This document shows positions 34,472 to 44,427 of a stretch of 64,000 bases of DNA, in pieces. The DNA is taken from the NCBI GenBank assembly GCA_964629685.1, contig CAZVTT010000002.1, positions 120,039-184,038 of the forward strand, in the 5' to 3' direction. The position numbers were made by a program, and so were the translations under genes. How positions within the stretch are numbered: position 1 is the first letter of the stretch; every line of letters begins with the position of its first letter. The DNA comes from an uncultured Gammaproteobacteria bacterium. GTDB taxonomy: Bacteria > Patescibacteriota > Microgenomatia > UBA10105 > UBA927. The notes under the pieces were generated by a model. It saw only the letters and a list, made by a program, of their open reading frames with translations. It ran no database searches and was not told the origin of the DNA.

Positions 34472-34975
34472 ATGGACGTATTCCCTACCCTATCACAGCA
34501 GACCGAGTATAAACGGGGATTTTCCTTAGTAGAGTTGCTGGTAGTGGCAACAGTTATGGCGGTGCTGTCGATTGTAGGAGTGGTTTCTTATACCAATTTG
34601 AACAAGAAATCCCGTGATTCCAAGCGAAATAGTGACCTGGAACAATTGAGGTCGGCACTGGAAATGTTTCGGGCGGATAAAGGGTTTTATCCAGAGGTTA
34701 ATACGTCCAGTTTCGATTCGGCCAGTAGCCTGGATACCGGCGATGCAAACACCGGTTTAGTCCCGACATATTTACCGGCAATTCCGACGGATCCGAAAAC
34801 ACCTACACAGGATTATTATTATTACCCGACAAATGTTTCAGGTGGAAATTATTACGGATACTGCATTTGCGGTTTACGGGAATCACAAACCGGAACGACA
34901 AGTACCTGTGTTGGGGCGACGTTGCCTGGCGGTACGCTTCCAGCAAATTGCAACTACGGATTAAAAAATCCATAG
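34472..34975 (+). CDS. Type IV pilin-like protein (GspG-like)
   Basis: RG/FSLVELLVV, KSRDSKR, YP, PTDP. Confidence 0.85.
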   Translation: MDVFPTLSQQTEYKRGFSLVELLVVATVMAVLSIVGVVSYTNLNKKSRDSKRNSDLEQLRSALEMFRADKGFYPEVNTSSFDSASSLDTGDANTGLVPTYLPAIPTDPKTPTQDYYYYPTNVSGGNYYGYCICGLRESQTGTTSTCVGATLPGGTLPANCNYGLKNP

Positions 34976-34993
34976 TAGTGAGCTTTAGCATCT

Positions 34994-35479
34994 GTGATGT
35001 CCATGAGATTACCTGCCAACAATGACCGTGGATTTTCTCTTCTGGAGATGCTTGTGGTGGTTACTATTTCAATGGGGGTAATAGGAGCTATTGTGGTGAA
35101 TTACAATTCGTTTAACGAAGGTCAGAAACTCCGACAGGCTGCGTTATCGTTGAAGTCAAATTTTCGGTTAGCGCAATCCCGGGCTATTTCGGGACTAAAA
35201 CCAAGCTCGGGTTGTACCAGTTTGCGTGGATATACCGTCACGTTTAATCAGAATGGATACTCGATACAGGCATCTTGTACGGAAGGACTGGTAGGGCAAT
35301 CAGTAGACGTGACACTTCCCTCCTCTGTTACGTTCTCCCCAGTCCCTGCTGCCTTAACATTTGCGGTATTAAACGGTACGGCTTCTTCTGCAACCTCAAT
35401 TACCCTTAGCGGGGTAAGCAATACATTTGAATTACAAGTAAGTACAAGCGGTGACGTAAATGATACCGGAATAGAATAG
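34994..35479 (+). CDS. Minor pilin (FimT/GspH-like)
   Basis: RG/FSLLEMLVV, LAQSRA; start may be 34997 or 35003. Confidence 0.8.
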   Translation: MMSMRLPANNDRGFSLLEMLVVVTISMGVIGAIVVNYNSFNEGQKLRQAALSLKSNFRLAQSRAISGLKPSSGCTSLRGYTVTFNQNGYSIQASCTEGLVGQSVDVTLPSSVTFSPVPAALTFAVLNGTASSATSITLSGVSNTFELQVSTSGDVNDTGIE

Positions 35480-35480
35480 T

Positions 35481-35936
35481 ATGATTAGTTTGTTACGGTC
35501 TAAATCAGGACAAAGTCTGGTGGAAATTGTGGTTGTTGTCGGTACTGTTGTGTTGCTGGTTTCCGGTTTGATTGTGGCCACTACCACCTCTCTGAAAACT
35601 ACGCGTTTGAGTACTACGCGTTCTCCGGCAATAAAATATGCACAAGAAGGGATAGAACAGGCACGGAAATTGCGTGATACCAGCTGGTCTAGTTTTTTGG
35701 CACAGAAAGATGCACCGGGTGGGTTGTGGTGTCTGGGCATTCAAAATACCTGGACTATGGCTCAGGGAGACGAAGAAAATTGCCAGTCAAACATAGATGC
35801 GGTGTTTTCCAGAGTAATTCAATTTACCTGGGATGCGCCCAACAATCGGATGCTGGTGGAAAGTACCGTTTCGTGGAACGATGGTGGTGTGATCCGGCAA
35901 AGTGATGTATCAACATACTTTACCGATTGGCGATAA
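35481..35936 (+). CDS. Minor pilin (PilV-like)
   Basis: SG/QSLVEIVV, AQEGIE, VSW. Confidence 0.8.
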   Translation: MISLLRSKSGQSLVEIVVVVGTVVLLVSGLIVATTTSLKTTRLSTTRSPAIKYAQEGIEQARKLRDTSWSSFLAQKDAPGGLWCLGIQNTWTMAQGDEENCQSNIDAVFSRVIQFTWDAPNNRMLVESTVSWNDGGVIRQSDVSTYFTDWR

Positions 35937-35939
35937 TAT

Positions 35940-36497
35940 ATGGTACCGAATAGACACATAATTAGAGTACGTTTGGCAGGTTTTACTCTTCTTGAGGTCC
36001 TTATTTCCGTAGCCGTTATGTCAGTTATCGGTACCATCATTGCGCAATCGTTTTTTACGACTACCAGAAGTAGCGCTAAGGTAGAAATCCTGAAGGATAC
36101 AAAGCAGAGTGGTGATTTTGCCATGAGCGTCATGGAGCGTATGATCCGCAGTGCATCGGATATAACCACGTCCTGTGCCAGCACCGGAACAACCGTGGAA
36201 GCACTTAGTGTCCGTGCGGCGGATGGAGGGATAACTACTTTTGAGTGTGACTTAAATGGCGGTGTGACCCGTATTGCGTCTACAAGTGCAAACGGAACCG
36301 TGTATTTGTCTGCTACCAACGTCACGTTGGGTGGTACGGTTTGTGAGGAATCTTCACTGGAATTCGTGTGCGCGTCAAATCCCAGTACCGGAAAAAGTGT
36401 CAAAATACAGTTTACGTTGTCGCAAAAAGGTACGGGAGGTAATCAATCGGAACGTGCGAATACTTCCTTTCAGACGACAATTAATGTTAGGAACTGA
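35940..36497 (+). CDS. Minor pilin (PilW-like)
   Basis: AG/FTLLEVLI, IRSA, C-terminal RN. Confidence 0.8.
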   Translation: MVPNRHIIRVRLAGFTLLEVLISVAVMSVIGTIIAQSFFTTTRSSAKVEILKDTKQSGDFAMSVMERMIRSASDITTSCASTGTTVEALSVRAADGGITTFECDLNGGVTRIASTSANGTVYLSATNVTLGGTVCEESSLEFVCASNPSTGKSVKIQFTLSQKGTGGNQSERANTSFQTTINVRN

Positions 36498-36536
36498 AAC
36501 GTTGTCAAATAGTCCGAATCACTTTACAATAAACGT

Positions 36537-37367
36537 ATGACGTCATCATCGAAGTCAGGTCAGGTTTTATTAATCACGTTATTGGTATTAGCCATTGCCA
36601 CTACAATAGGGTTATCACTGATCGCCCGCTCCACTACAGATTTAACCATTAGCCGGGAGGCCGAAGAGTCTGCTCGCGCATTTAGTGCTGCCGAAGCAGG
36701 AATAGAAGAGTCTTTGTTAAGCGGACAATCTACGGGGGTTAAAACGTTATCTGCGGGACAAGTGACGTATACGGCGTCAGTTACGGCCATCGGGGGGGCA
36801 GTGGGCGCGTATACATTACCGCAACGGTCTGTTGTCGGGGAAACCGATACCGTATGGTTAGTAAATCATTTGGCGGACGGATCTCTTGATGAATCTACCT
36901 ATTACACCAGTCCGACTCTGGATGTGTGCTGGGCACCTCAAACGACAACCCCTGCTTTGATTGTTACCATTCCCTATATTTCCGGAGGCGTATATCAGGT
37001 TGCCAAGCTAGCGCTCGATCCTGATGCAGGCAGCCGTTCCCCTGCCAACGGTTTTACTGCAGCCGGGGCAAGCGGAAACGGTTGCGGTCAAAGTGATGTT
37101 TACCGTTATCCTATTACATTTGCTACTTTAGGCATTGATCCTGCTACGGATACGCTATTAGCTTTAAGAGTACGGCCGGTATACAGCGATACGCAGGTAT
37201 ATGTAAATGCTCCCAGTCTGGCGTTACCACAACAAGGCAAAAGAATAGAATCGGTCGGTACCACGCCTTCAGGATTAACCCGAAGAATTGTTGTACAACA
37301 GCCTTATTTGGCACCAAGTAGTATTTTTGACGCAGTTGTAGTCAGTCAGTCCGGATTTCAACATTAA
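36537..37367 (+). CDS. Minor pilin (PilX/GspK-like, no Glu5)
   Basis: SG/QVLLITLL, AFSAAEAGIE; TTGTCA-17-TACAAT promoter 6 nt upstream. Confidence 0.8.
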   Translation: MTSSSKSGQVLLITLLVLAIATTIGLSLIARSTTDLTISREAEESARAFSAAEAGIEESLLSGQSTGVKTLSAGQVTYTASVTAIGGAVGAYTLPQRSVVGETDTVWLVNHLADGSLDESTYYTSPTLDVCWAPQTTTPALIVTIPYISGGVYQVAKLALDPDAGSRSPANGFTAAGASGNGCGQSDVYRYPITFATLGIDPATDTLLALRVRPVYSDTQVYVNAPSLALPQQGKRIESVGTTPSGLTRRIVVQQPYLAPSSIFDAVVVSQSGFQH

Positions 37368-37424
37368 GTTGTGGACAGACGACACCGGCTACGATAAGCT
37401 AAAAAGAAGGAGTTAAGCTGCCCT

Positions 37425-38444
37425 ATGTCATCAGTTATTGGACTTGATATCGGTTCACATAGTATTAAACTTATTGAAGTCAGCAAAGAGCGTGATGTTG
37501 CTACACTTTTGACTGCCGGGAGTATCCCCACGCCTCCGAAAGCGCTTATATCCAATCTCCAGGCAGATGCAGAAGCAATTGCGGTTGCACTAAAAAAATT
37601 ACTGCACGATACGGGCAGTAAATCCCGGAACGTAAATGTGGCATTGCCGGAATCCCAGGTATTTACCCGGGTTATAGAAGTTCCTCCTCTGTCCCAGCGG
37701 GAATTAACTTCCGCCATAAAATGGGAAGCAGAACAATATATTCCTTTACCACTGGATCAGGTAAATATTGATTTCAGTATTTTACGCGAAGCGAAAGAAA
37801 CTACCAGCGGTAAAATGGAAGTATTGTTAGTGGCTGCTCCAAAAGCGTTATTGGACAAGTATGTAAATATATTAGATCTAGCCGATGTAAATATTCAGGG
37901 TGTGGAAACGGAAATAATTTCTGCGTCCCGTTCTTTAGTCAGGTCTGCCGCCAACCTGAAAACGGTAATGATTGTCTCCTTGGGTAATCAAACCACGGAT
38001 TTAGCCATCCTCAGAGGCGGTGTCCTGGGTTTTACCAGATCCATTAGTGCGGGTGGTGAAGCGTTGTCGAGGGCACTCGTGCAGGGATTGGGGTTTGAAA
38101 AAAATCAGGCAGAAGAATTTAAAAAAGCTTACGGTTTAGAGCGGAATAAACTTGAAGGAAAGATAGTTACGGCAGTAAAACCGATAATGGATACCATTAT
38201 CGGTGAAATGAAACGTGCAGTGGCGTATTATCAGGAAAAATACAAAGATGACAGACTTGAAGCGATCATTTTGTCCGGAGGTACAGCCCGTATTCCGGGT
38301 ATGGTGGTGTATATAGCAGAAGCTATGGGCATAGAAGCGCAACTTGCAAACCCTTGGGTTGGTATACGTCGGGATCCTCGCTTTGCGGTACTGGATAATG
38401 AAGGCCCGACATTTTCGGTAGCGGTGGGATTGGCGCTCCGCTAG
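37425..38444 (+). CDS. pilM: Type IV pilus assembly protein PilM
   Basis: IGLDIGSHSIK, EAEQYIP, LSGG, VAVGLALR. Confidence 0.92.
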   Translation: MSSVIGLDIGSHSIKLIEVSKERDVATLLTAGSIPTPPKALISNLQADAEAIAVALKKLLHDTGSKSRNVNVALPESQVFTRVIEVPPLSQRELTSAIKWEAEQYIPLPLDQVNIDFSILREAKETTSGKMEVLLVAAPKALLDKYVNILDLADVNIQGVETEIISASRSLVRSAANLKTVMIVSLGNQTTDLAILRGGVLGFTRSISAGGEALSRALVQGLGFEKNQAEEFKKAYGLERNKLEGKIVTAVKPIMDTIIGEMKRAVAYYQEKYKDDRLEAIILSGGTARIPGMVVYIAEAMGIEAQLANPWVGIRRDPRFAVLDNEGPTFSVAVGLALR

Positions 38445-38468
38445 TCATCACCGACGGATAAGGATATT

Positions 38469-39011
38469 ATGGCAGCCGGTGATATAAACTTACTTAAATC
38501 CCGATCATCACTTTCTCCACAATTATTAGCGATTCAGGAGCAGGTCCGTTGGGTCGGATTGGGTTCACTTGCTTTGGTTATTCTGGTAGCTGTAGGGCTG
38601 GGAGCGACGTATATGATTTTTCTGCAACAACGTCAGGCGTTGGAAGCCAGAAGAAAGCAAGTCCTGTCGGCCATTGCCAATGAATCCATAAAGGAAGGAT
38701 TATATTTTTCCATTCGCCAGCGGCTTCCGGTCGTGGAAAAGGCCTTCGGAGTTCAGAAGCCATGGGGAACTATTCTGGACGATGTATACACCATTGCCAG
38801 ACCACCGGATCTGGCATCTGTAGTTGTTGATGATCAGAATGTGGTGGTTTTGTCCGTAAAAACGACATCAGTAGAGCAAACGGCAGTAGTGGTAAACGCA
38901 GTAGTTCGGTTAGTACAGGAAAAACGGATTAAGAGTCCGCAGTTATTGGGACTACAGTTAACAAAAGACGGAACGGTACAGGTAAATTTATCTTATATTC
39001 CGACACTGTAA
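38469..39011 (+). CDS. PilN-like protein
   Basis: INLL motif, single TM, coiled coil; follows pilM. Confidence 0.7.
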   Translation: MAAGDINLLKSRSSLSPQLLAIQEQVRWVGLGSLALVILVAVGLGATYMIFLQQRQALEARRKQVLSAIANESIKEGLYFSIRQRLPVVEKAFGVQKPWGTILDDVYTIARPPDLASVVVDDQNVVVLSVKTTSVEQTAVVVNAVVRLVQEKRIKSPQLLGLQLTKDGTVQVNLSYIPTL

Positions 39012-39012
39012 T

Positions 39013-39750
39013 ATGCGTGCATTCAGAAAATTTTTACGGTTAAACCAGGGTATTATTATTCCGGCAGTCATGTTGCTGTTTAGTGTTTTTGTATCCATAC
39101 TTGTTCTGTATCCTGTAAGTCAGCAGACGTGGGATTTGATTCAGGACGTAAATACGGAGCGTACTGAAATAGTTGGTTTACAGACAAAACTAAATCAATT
39201 GCAGGCATTGGATGAAGAAACGCTGCGTCAGCAATTACGATTGCTTACTTCGGCTATCCCTACTGAAAAATCGTTGGCTACGTTGCTTTCCACAGCAGAA
39301 GTTGTGAGTGCCAACACCGGGGCTACGTTATCGGATTTAAGTCTTATAAACCCGGGATCATTAGCCACGGATTCAGCTAAACGGCAGACATCCGAAGAAA
39401 AAACATTCGGTGCCGCATTATTACCGTTTTCGGTTGTACTAACCGGTTCGGAACAGCAGATACGCAATTATTTATCTACCAGTATAAATGTCCGCCGGCT
39501 ATTACGGATAAAACAGTTTACTGTTGTGTTCTCCGGAGACGGAAACGCCAGATCGAACGTAAGCCTGGATGCATTATACGCCGGTTTGCCGACGAATTTG
39601 GGAGATGTAAAACAACCTATCGTCCCGTTGACGGAGAAAGACGAACAACTCTTGGATAAGCTAGCAGCTCAACCAAATTATAGCCAGGAATTACTGGCAC
39701 CGCCAGCAGCGGCAGAACAACCATTTAAGGCTGATCCGTTTTCGCCTTAA
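39013..39750 (+). CDS. PilO-like protein
   Basis: TM, coiled coil, AIP, RLLRI, terminal DPF; follows pilN. Confidence 0.7.
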   Translation: MRAFRKFLRLNQGIIIPAVMLLFSVFVSILVLYPVSQQTWDLIQDVNTERTEIVGLQTKLNQLQALDEETLRQQLRLLTSAIPTEKSLATLLSTAEVVSANTGATLSDLSLINPGSLATDSAKRQTSEEKTFGAALLPFSVVLTGSEQQIRNYLSTSINVRRLLRIKQFTVVFSGDGNARSNVSLDALYAGLPTNLGDVKQPIVPLTEKDEQLLDKLAAQPNYSQELLAPPAAAEQPFKADPFSP

Positions 39751-40471
39751 GTAAATCGGGTCTGCGGGCTATTGTCCTCTGCATCTCCTGTTCCGCCCTC
39801 CACATTTCAATATCACGGTGGTTTCCGGAGAGCAATACATCCGGAACGTTCATGCCTCTGTATTCTGCCGGTCTGGTATATTGGGGAAATTCCAGTAATT
39901 CATTACCAGATAGGTCTGTATGGAACGTTTCGTTAATCGGTGCATCGGGTTTTGGTAATACTCCCGGGAGTAACCTGGTTATGCTGTCAACTATCGCCAT
40001 CGCCGGTATTTCGCCGCCGGTAAGAATATAGTCACCTATGGATATTTCTTCGTCGACGAGGGCACGTATGCGTTCGTCAAAACCCTCGTAATGCCCACAG
40101 ATAAGCACCAGATGATTTAACGTACTTAATCTTGTGGCTACGGGTTGTCGGTAAGGAATACCCTGAGGGTCGAGTAATATAACGCGGGTGCCTGGATCCG
40201 TTGTCTGTGTGGAAATGTCCGTTTTTCGGGGAGTCCGTTCATATCCGAGTGCGGCTGTTAGGGCTCTATCAAGTACATCAATCCGCAGGATCATGCCAGT
40301 GCCACCGCCATAAGGCCGGTCATCTACGCTTTTATATGCGTCTGAACTGTACGTGCGGATGTCTATAATGCGTAATTCTATGTGCTCACGGGAAATTGCC
40401 CTCTTCACGATGGAAAAATCGAATGGTCCACGAAACATGTCGGGGAAAAGCGTGAGTATGCTTATCCGCAT
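39725..40471 (-). CDS. trmD: tRNA (guanine37-N1)-methyltransferase
   Basis: TLFP, VDDRPYGGG.GM, CGHYEGFDER, SIGDYILTGGE, YTRP. Confidence 0.97.
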   Translation of the reverse strand: MRISILTLFPDMFRGPFDFSIVKRAISREHIELRIIDIRTYSSDAYKSVDDRPYGGGTGMILRIDVLDRALTAALGYERTPRKTDISTQTTDPGTRVILLDPQGIPYRQPVATRLSTLNHLVLICGHYEGFDERIRALVDEEISIGDYILTGGEIPAMAIVDSITRLLPGVLPKPDAPINETFHTDLSGNELLEFPQYTRPAEYRGMNVPDVLLSGNHRDIEMWRAEQEMQRTIARRPDLLKAKTDQP

Positions 40472-40494
40472 AGGAGGTAAAAGAATGCTTCAGT

Positions 40495-40725
40495 TTATTC
40501 TGCTAATACCACATCAACGTATACGTTATGTTTAGTTGCCATGAGTTTTACGAGGTCCCGAATAGCCCGGATAATACGGCCGTTTTTTCCGATTACTTTA
40601 CCAATATCTTCCTGATTTGCGTGAATTTTGTAGACGGTCCGGGTTTCTTCCGTAGTTTCTTCAACGGTAACTTCATCGGGATGGTCGACTAATTGCTGTA
40701 AAATGAATAGGAGTGTCTCTTTCAT
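40495..40725 (-). CDS. khpA: KH-domain RNA-binding protein
   Basis: LVDHPDEV, DIGKVIGKNG; between rpsP and trmD. Confidence 0.9.
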   Translation of the reverse strand: MKETLLFILQQLVDHPDEVTVEETTEETRTVYKIHANQEDIGKVIGKNGRIIRAIRDLVKLMATKHNVYVDVVLAE

Positions 40726-40727
40726 GG

Positions 40728-40958
40728 TTATTTGGTGGCCAGAAGCTTGCTGACGCTTTCCGTAAGTTGGGCTCCATGAGAGACCCAGTGTTCAACTCGG
40801 TCGCGTTTGATTTCGAGCATTGCCGGTTTTACCAAGGGATTGTAATAGCCCAATATTTCGAGCGCTTTACCGTCCCGGCGGTCGCTTTCATCGATAGCGA
40901 TAATCCGGTACATTCTGCGGTTTTTTGTGCCTGTTTGTGTTAAGCGAATTTTAACCAT
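40728..40958 (-). CDS. rpsP: 30S ribosomal protein S16
   Basis: MVKIRL, YRII, RDG, LGYYNP, GAQ. Confidence 0.95.
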   Translation of the reverse strand: MVKIRLTQTGTKNRRMYRIIAIDESDRRDGKALEILGYYNPLVKPAMLEIKRDRVEHWVSHGAQLTESVSKLLATK

Positions 40959-40970
40959 AGCGGTATAATA

Positions 40971-41657
40971 TCATTTCTTGCCTCGTTTCTCAAGCGCCTG
41001 TGCTGCTGCAGCCTGCTGAGCCTCCTGTTTGGATTTGCCCATACCCTGCCCCAGCACAGTATTGCCGACGAGAACTTCGACCCAAAATGTTTTTGCATGA
41101 TCCGGTCCTTCTGTCTTAATTACGTTATATGTAGGTGAAATACGTGATTCTTCCTGTACGATTTCCTGCAATAAGCTTTTAAAGTCTATGTATGTTTTAT
41201 TCTCCACAATATTCGTAACTTTAGGAAAAAGTACCCTTTCCAGAAATACTCTGGCAGCTTCAATCCCCTGATCTAAATACAAGGCTCCAAGCAATGCTTC
41301 AAATGTGTCCGCTAAAAGTGAAGCGTTATTTCTGCCGCCGGAATCTTCTTCTCCTCTACTCAAAAACAGTAATTCACCCAGACCGAGTTCTTTGGATGTT
41401 TCACTTAGGCTTTTCGTTTTGACCAGGCCGGAACGGATGTTGGTTAACGTACCTTCGGGGTATTCGGGATATTTTTTATACAAGTAGTCGGATGACAGGA
41501 AAGAAAGAATGGCGTCTCCCAAGAATTCCAGCCGTTCGTTTGATTCGCGTTGTTCTTTCACTTCGTTTAGATACGAACGGTGTACGAACGCCGCGTGCAT
41601 TAATTTTTCATCTTTAAAATGAATGTTAAGATTGGTTTGCAGTTCATCGAACGTCAT
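40971..41657 (-). CDS. rnc: Ribonuclease III
   Basis: NERLEFLGDA, ADTFEA, dsRBD GPDH. Confidence 0.96.
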   Translation of the reverse strand: MTFDELQTNLNIHFKDEKLMHAAFVHRSYLNEVKEQRESNERLEFLGDAILSFLSSDYLYKKYPEYPEGTLTNIRSGLVKTKSLSETSKELGLGELLFLSRGEEDSGGRNNASLLADTFEALLGALYLDQGIEAARVFLERVLFPKVTNIVENKTYIDFKSLLQEIVQEESRISPTYNVIKTEGPDHAKTFWVEVLVGNTVLGQGMGKSKQEAQQAAAAQALEKRGKK

Positions 41658-41659
41658 AG

Positions 41660-42022
41660 TTATGTAGAAATGTCTAAATCTTTAATAATTGTACCTAATA
41701 CTCCATTTATAAACGATGGACTGGCGGGGTTTCCATAGGACTTTGCCAATTCAACAGCTTCATCAATTATGACTTTTGGCGGTTCGCTTTTTTGTACCGT
41801 GAGTTCAAAAAGTGCGAGTCTCAGGATGGCCAGATCGATTTTGGATATTTTATCCAAGGGCCATTCGGGGGCGGCTTTCTGAATTTGCAAATCAATATCG
41901 GGTCGAACCGGCAGAAACGTATCCAAATCGGCATCGTTTAAGTCAGGTTGAAAACTTAATGTGAAGATTTTTTGCATCAAGGCAATCCGTCGTTGATGCC
42001 GTGGGTCTGCAGCCGTTTTCAT
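41660..42022 (-). CDS. nusB: Transcription antitermination factor NusB
   Basis: IDLAILRLA, VIIDEAVELAK, FINGVLG. Confidence 0.92.
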   Translation of the reverse strand: MKTAADPRHQRRIALMQKIFTLSFQPDLNDADLDTFLPVRPDIDLQIQKAAPEWPLDKISKIDLAILRLALFELTVQKSEPPKVIIDEAVELAKSYGNPASPSFINGVLGTIIKDLDIST

Positions 42023-42031
42023 GTTCAGAGC

Positions 42032-42211
42032 TTACGCTTTGGCAATTTTTTTGCCGTTGTAGACGTAGTATCCGTTTTCGATGTGAGCACGGTGTGGTTG
42101 ACGTAATGCTCCACCCTCCGTTACCGTCAAAGTCGGTAGTTTCATTTTGATGGACGCTGTGCGTTTGCCGCCGCGTCGTGTACTATGTCGTCGTTTTGGT
42201 AGTGGTGCCAT
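42032..42211 (-). CDS. rpmF: 50S ribosomal protein L32, Cys-free (not in ORF track)
   Basis: MAPLPKRRHSTRRGGKR...PHRAHIENGYY, 59 aa; GGAGG SD. Confidence 0.88.
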   Translation of the reverse strand: MAPLPKRRHSTRRGGKRTASIKMKLPTLTVTEGGALRQPHRAHIENGYYVYNGKKIAKA

Positions 42212-42227
42212 AAAATTAACCTCCAGG

Positions 42228-44321
42228 TTAATCCTGGGTTACGTGTATTGTACTCTTTTTTACCTGTTCCCTCAAGAGGGGAAAGCCTGTCAGGTCAGGA
42301 TCACTCAAGGTGAGCTGTTCGAGTGCCTGCCTGGTTTGGGTTATAAGTTGCGTATCCGAAAGTCTGGCGATACGCAAATCCGGAAGGCCGTGTTGTCGGG
42401 TGCCGAACAATTCTCCGGGACCCCGCATTTGTAAATCCACATCCGCCAGTTTGGGTCCGCTATGAATTGTTTCCATAGCTTTCAGCCTTTGTAGCGTGTG
42501 ATCGTCTTCCTGTTCGGTAAAAAGCAGGCAAAACGAGGCTAGTTTTCCTCTTCCTACCCGACCACGTAACTGGTGTAGCTGTCCCAATCCGAATCGCTCA
42601 GCCCCTTCAATCATCATAATGATCGCGTTAGGAATGTCTATTCCTACTTCTACCACGGGCGTAGTAACTAAAATATGATATTTTTTGGTTCTAAAGTTTT
42701 CGAGTACTTCTGTTTTCTCCTTTGGTTTCATTCTTCCGTGCAGGAGTCCTAACGAAAGCTTTGGGAATACGCTCATAAGCCGCTTATACTCAGTGGTAAC
42801 GGCTTTTACGTTCTGTAAGGCGTCAGCTTCCGACGTATCTATAAGTGGGCAGATAATAAAAACCTGTCCACCTGTGGTGGCCACCTGTTCCGTTATCCAG
42901 GCATATGCGTTATCCCGTTTTATTTTCGGTACAACCCAGGTTTTTACGGCTTTTCGGCCACTGGGTAGTGTCTCGAGTACTGATAGGTCCAGATTTCCGA
43001 ATATCGTTTTCGCCATCGTCCGAGGAATGGGTGTGGCGGTCATGGTTAGCAAATGCGGTGTACGTCCGTGTTTCGCTTTCCGTAGTAGTTTTCCCCGTTG
43101 TTCTACTCCGAATCGGTGCTGCTCGTCTACAACAACTAGTCCTAAGTTATCTACCGGTAGCGAATCTGATAGCAACGCGTGTGTGCCGATAATGACGGAC
43201 TTTTTATCGTCGTCTACCATTTTTGTTTGGCCTATTCCCAACGATTCCGGCATTGTTTTATTGTCTCCCGTAACGATATCTACCCGTATTCCGAATGGGG
43301 TCAGTAAATTTTTGATGCTGGTATAGTGCTGTTCCGCTAATATTTGAGTTGGCGCCATCAGCACTGATTGAAAGCCGGATACGGAAGCCGTATACATCGC
43401 CGCTGCAGCAACTACAGTTTTTCCTGATCCGACATCACCTTCAAGAAGTCTGTTCATCGGAATAGTTTGAGTCATATCCATAAGAATTTCTTTAATAGAT
43501 TGGTTCTGATCTGCCGTTAAGGTAAACGGAAGTGATGTGTAAAATTTTTGCAGTAATAGATCAGGTATGGTACACGGATGCGCTTTCTGGGTAGTTTGCC
43601 AAAGTCGGCGTTGTTGGTGTGATGCAATTTGAATCAGAAATAGTTCATCAAACGCTAACCGTCTCCGGGCTTCGTGCGACTGTCCCGGAGATTCCGGGTA
43701 ATGTATACACTGTAACGCCCTGGCCAGCGGTAAAAGCGCGTACTTTTCCTGAATGGACTGAGGTAAATAATCAGTAACAGCCGGTACCATTTCCGTTAAC
43801 AACGCTGCGATTTTTGTGCGTAGCCACTTGGATGTTAATCCTTCAGTTTCAGGATAGATGGGGACGAGGCGACCGGTGTGTAATGAGGGGATGGTATTTT
43901 CTTCATCTACAATTTCAAATTGCGGACTATATTGCACTATTTTTTTCCCGAACCAGTTTACCTCTCCCGCCAATCGAACGGTATCTCCTTCGTGTATGGT
44001 CCGCAACAAGTATGTTTGATTAAACCAAACGGCAGTAATTTTTCCGGTTTCGTCATATATTTGCGCTTCAATTATTTTTTTGCCGTTTTTTGTAACAAAA
44101 AATTTAATGCTTTCTACCAATCCTTGTATGGTTACGGTTTCTCCTGGTCTGACCGTTCTAATGGAAGCTGTTTGTGAAAAATCATTATACCGTGAAGGTA
44201 TGTGATACAAAAAATCTTTAACGGAATAAATCGCAAGTCTGTGGAGACGTTCCGACAGAGCCGGACCGATACCCGGTAAATCCCGGATGCTCGTGTCTAA
44301 CGAATAGTGCATAATCATCAC
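42228..44321 (-). CDS. recG: ATP-dependent DNA helicase RecG
   Basis: GDVGSGKT, DEQHRFG, TATPIPRT, QLRGRVGR, RGPGE; exact start 44312-44321. Confidence 0.96.
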   Translation of the reverse strand: MMIMHYSLDTSIRDLPGIGPALSERLHRLAIYSVKDFLYHIPSRYNDFSQTASIRTVRPGETVTIQGLVESIKFFVTKNGKKIIEAQIYDETGKITAVWFNQTYLLRTIHEGDTVRLAGEVNWFGKKIVQYSPQFEIVDEENTIPSLHTGRLVPIYPETEGLTSKWLRTKIAALLTEMVPAVTDYLPQSIQEKYALLPLARALQCIHYPESPGQSHEARRRLAFDELFLIQIASHQQRRLWQTTQKAHPCTIPDLLLQKFYTSLPFTLTADQNQSIKEILMDMTQTIPMNRLLEGDVGSGKTVVAAAAMYTASVSGFQSVLMAPTQILAEQHYTSIKNLLTPFGIRVDIVTGDNKTMPESLGIGQTKMVDDDKKSVIIGTHALLSDSLPVDNLGLVVVDEQHRFGVEQRGKLLRKAKHGRTPHLLTMTATPIPRTMAKTIFGNLDLSVLETLPSGRKAVKTWVVPKIKRDNAYAWITEQVATTGGQVFIICPLIDTSEADALQNVKAVTTEYKRLMSVFPKLSLGLLHGRMKPKEKTEVLENFRTKKYHILVTTPVVEVGIDIPNAIIMMIEGAERFGLGQLHQLRGRVGRGKLASFCLLFTEQEDDHTLQRLKAMETIHSGPKLADVDLQMRGPGELFGTRQHGLPDLRIARLSDTQLITQTRQALEQLTLSDPDLTGFPLLREQVKKSTIHVTQD

Positions 44322-44322
44322 G

Positions 44323-44427
44323 CTACCGCAATGTAAACAGAGGAATGATCGAAGACGCGACCAGCGCTAGGGATGAAACGACAATAACAATTTTCCACAA
44401 TTTTTCGTGTTTTCGGAAAGCGTTCAT
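44323..44427 (-). CDS. 34-aa single-TM small protein (not in ORF track)
   Basis: MNAFRKHEKLWKIVIVVSSLALVASSIIPLFTLR; ATGA overlap with tyrS stop; fills gap to recG. Confidence 0.6.
   Translation of the reverse strand: MNAFRKHEKLWKIVIVVSSLALVASSIIPLFTLR

Noticed and set aside
24405-39750. Missing PilQ/PilP as a novelty
   Set aside because: Expected for a bacterium without an outer membrane; such clusters are typical of CPR.
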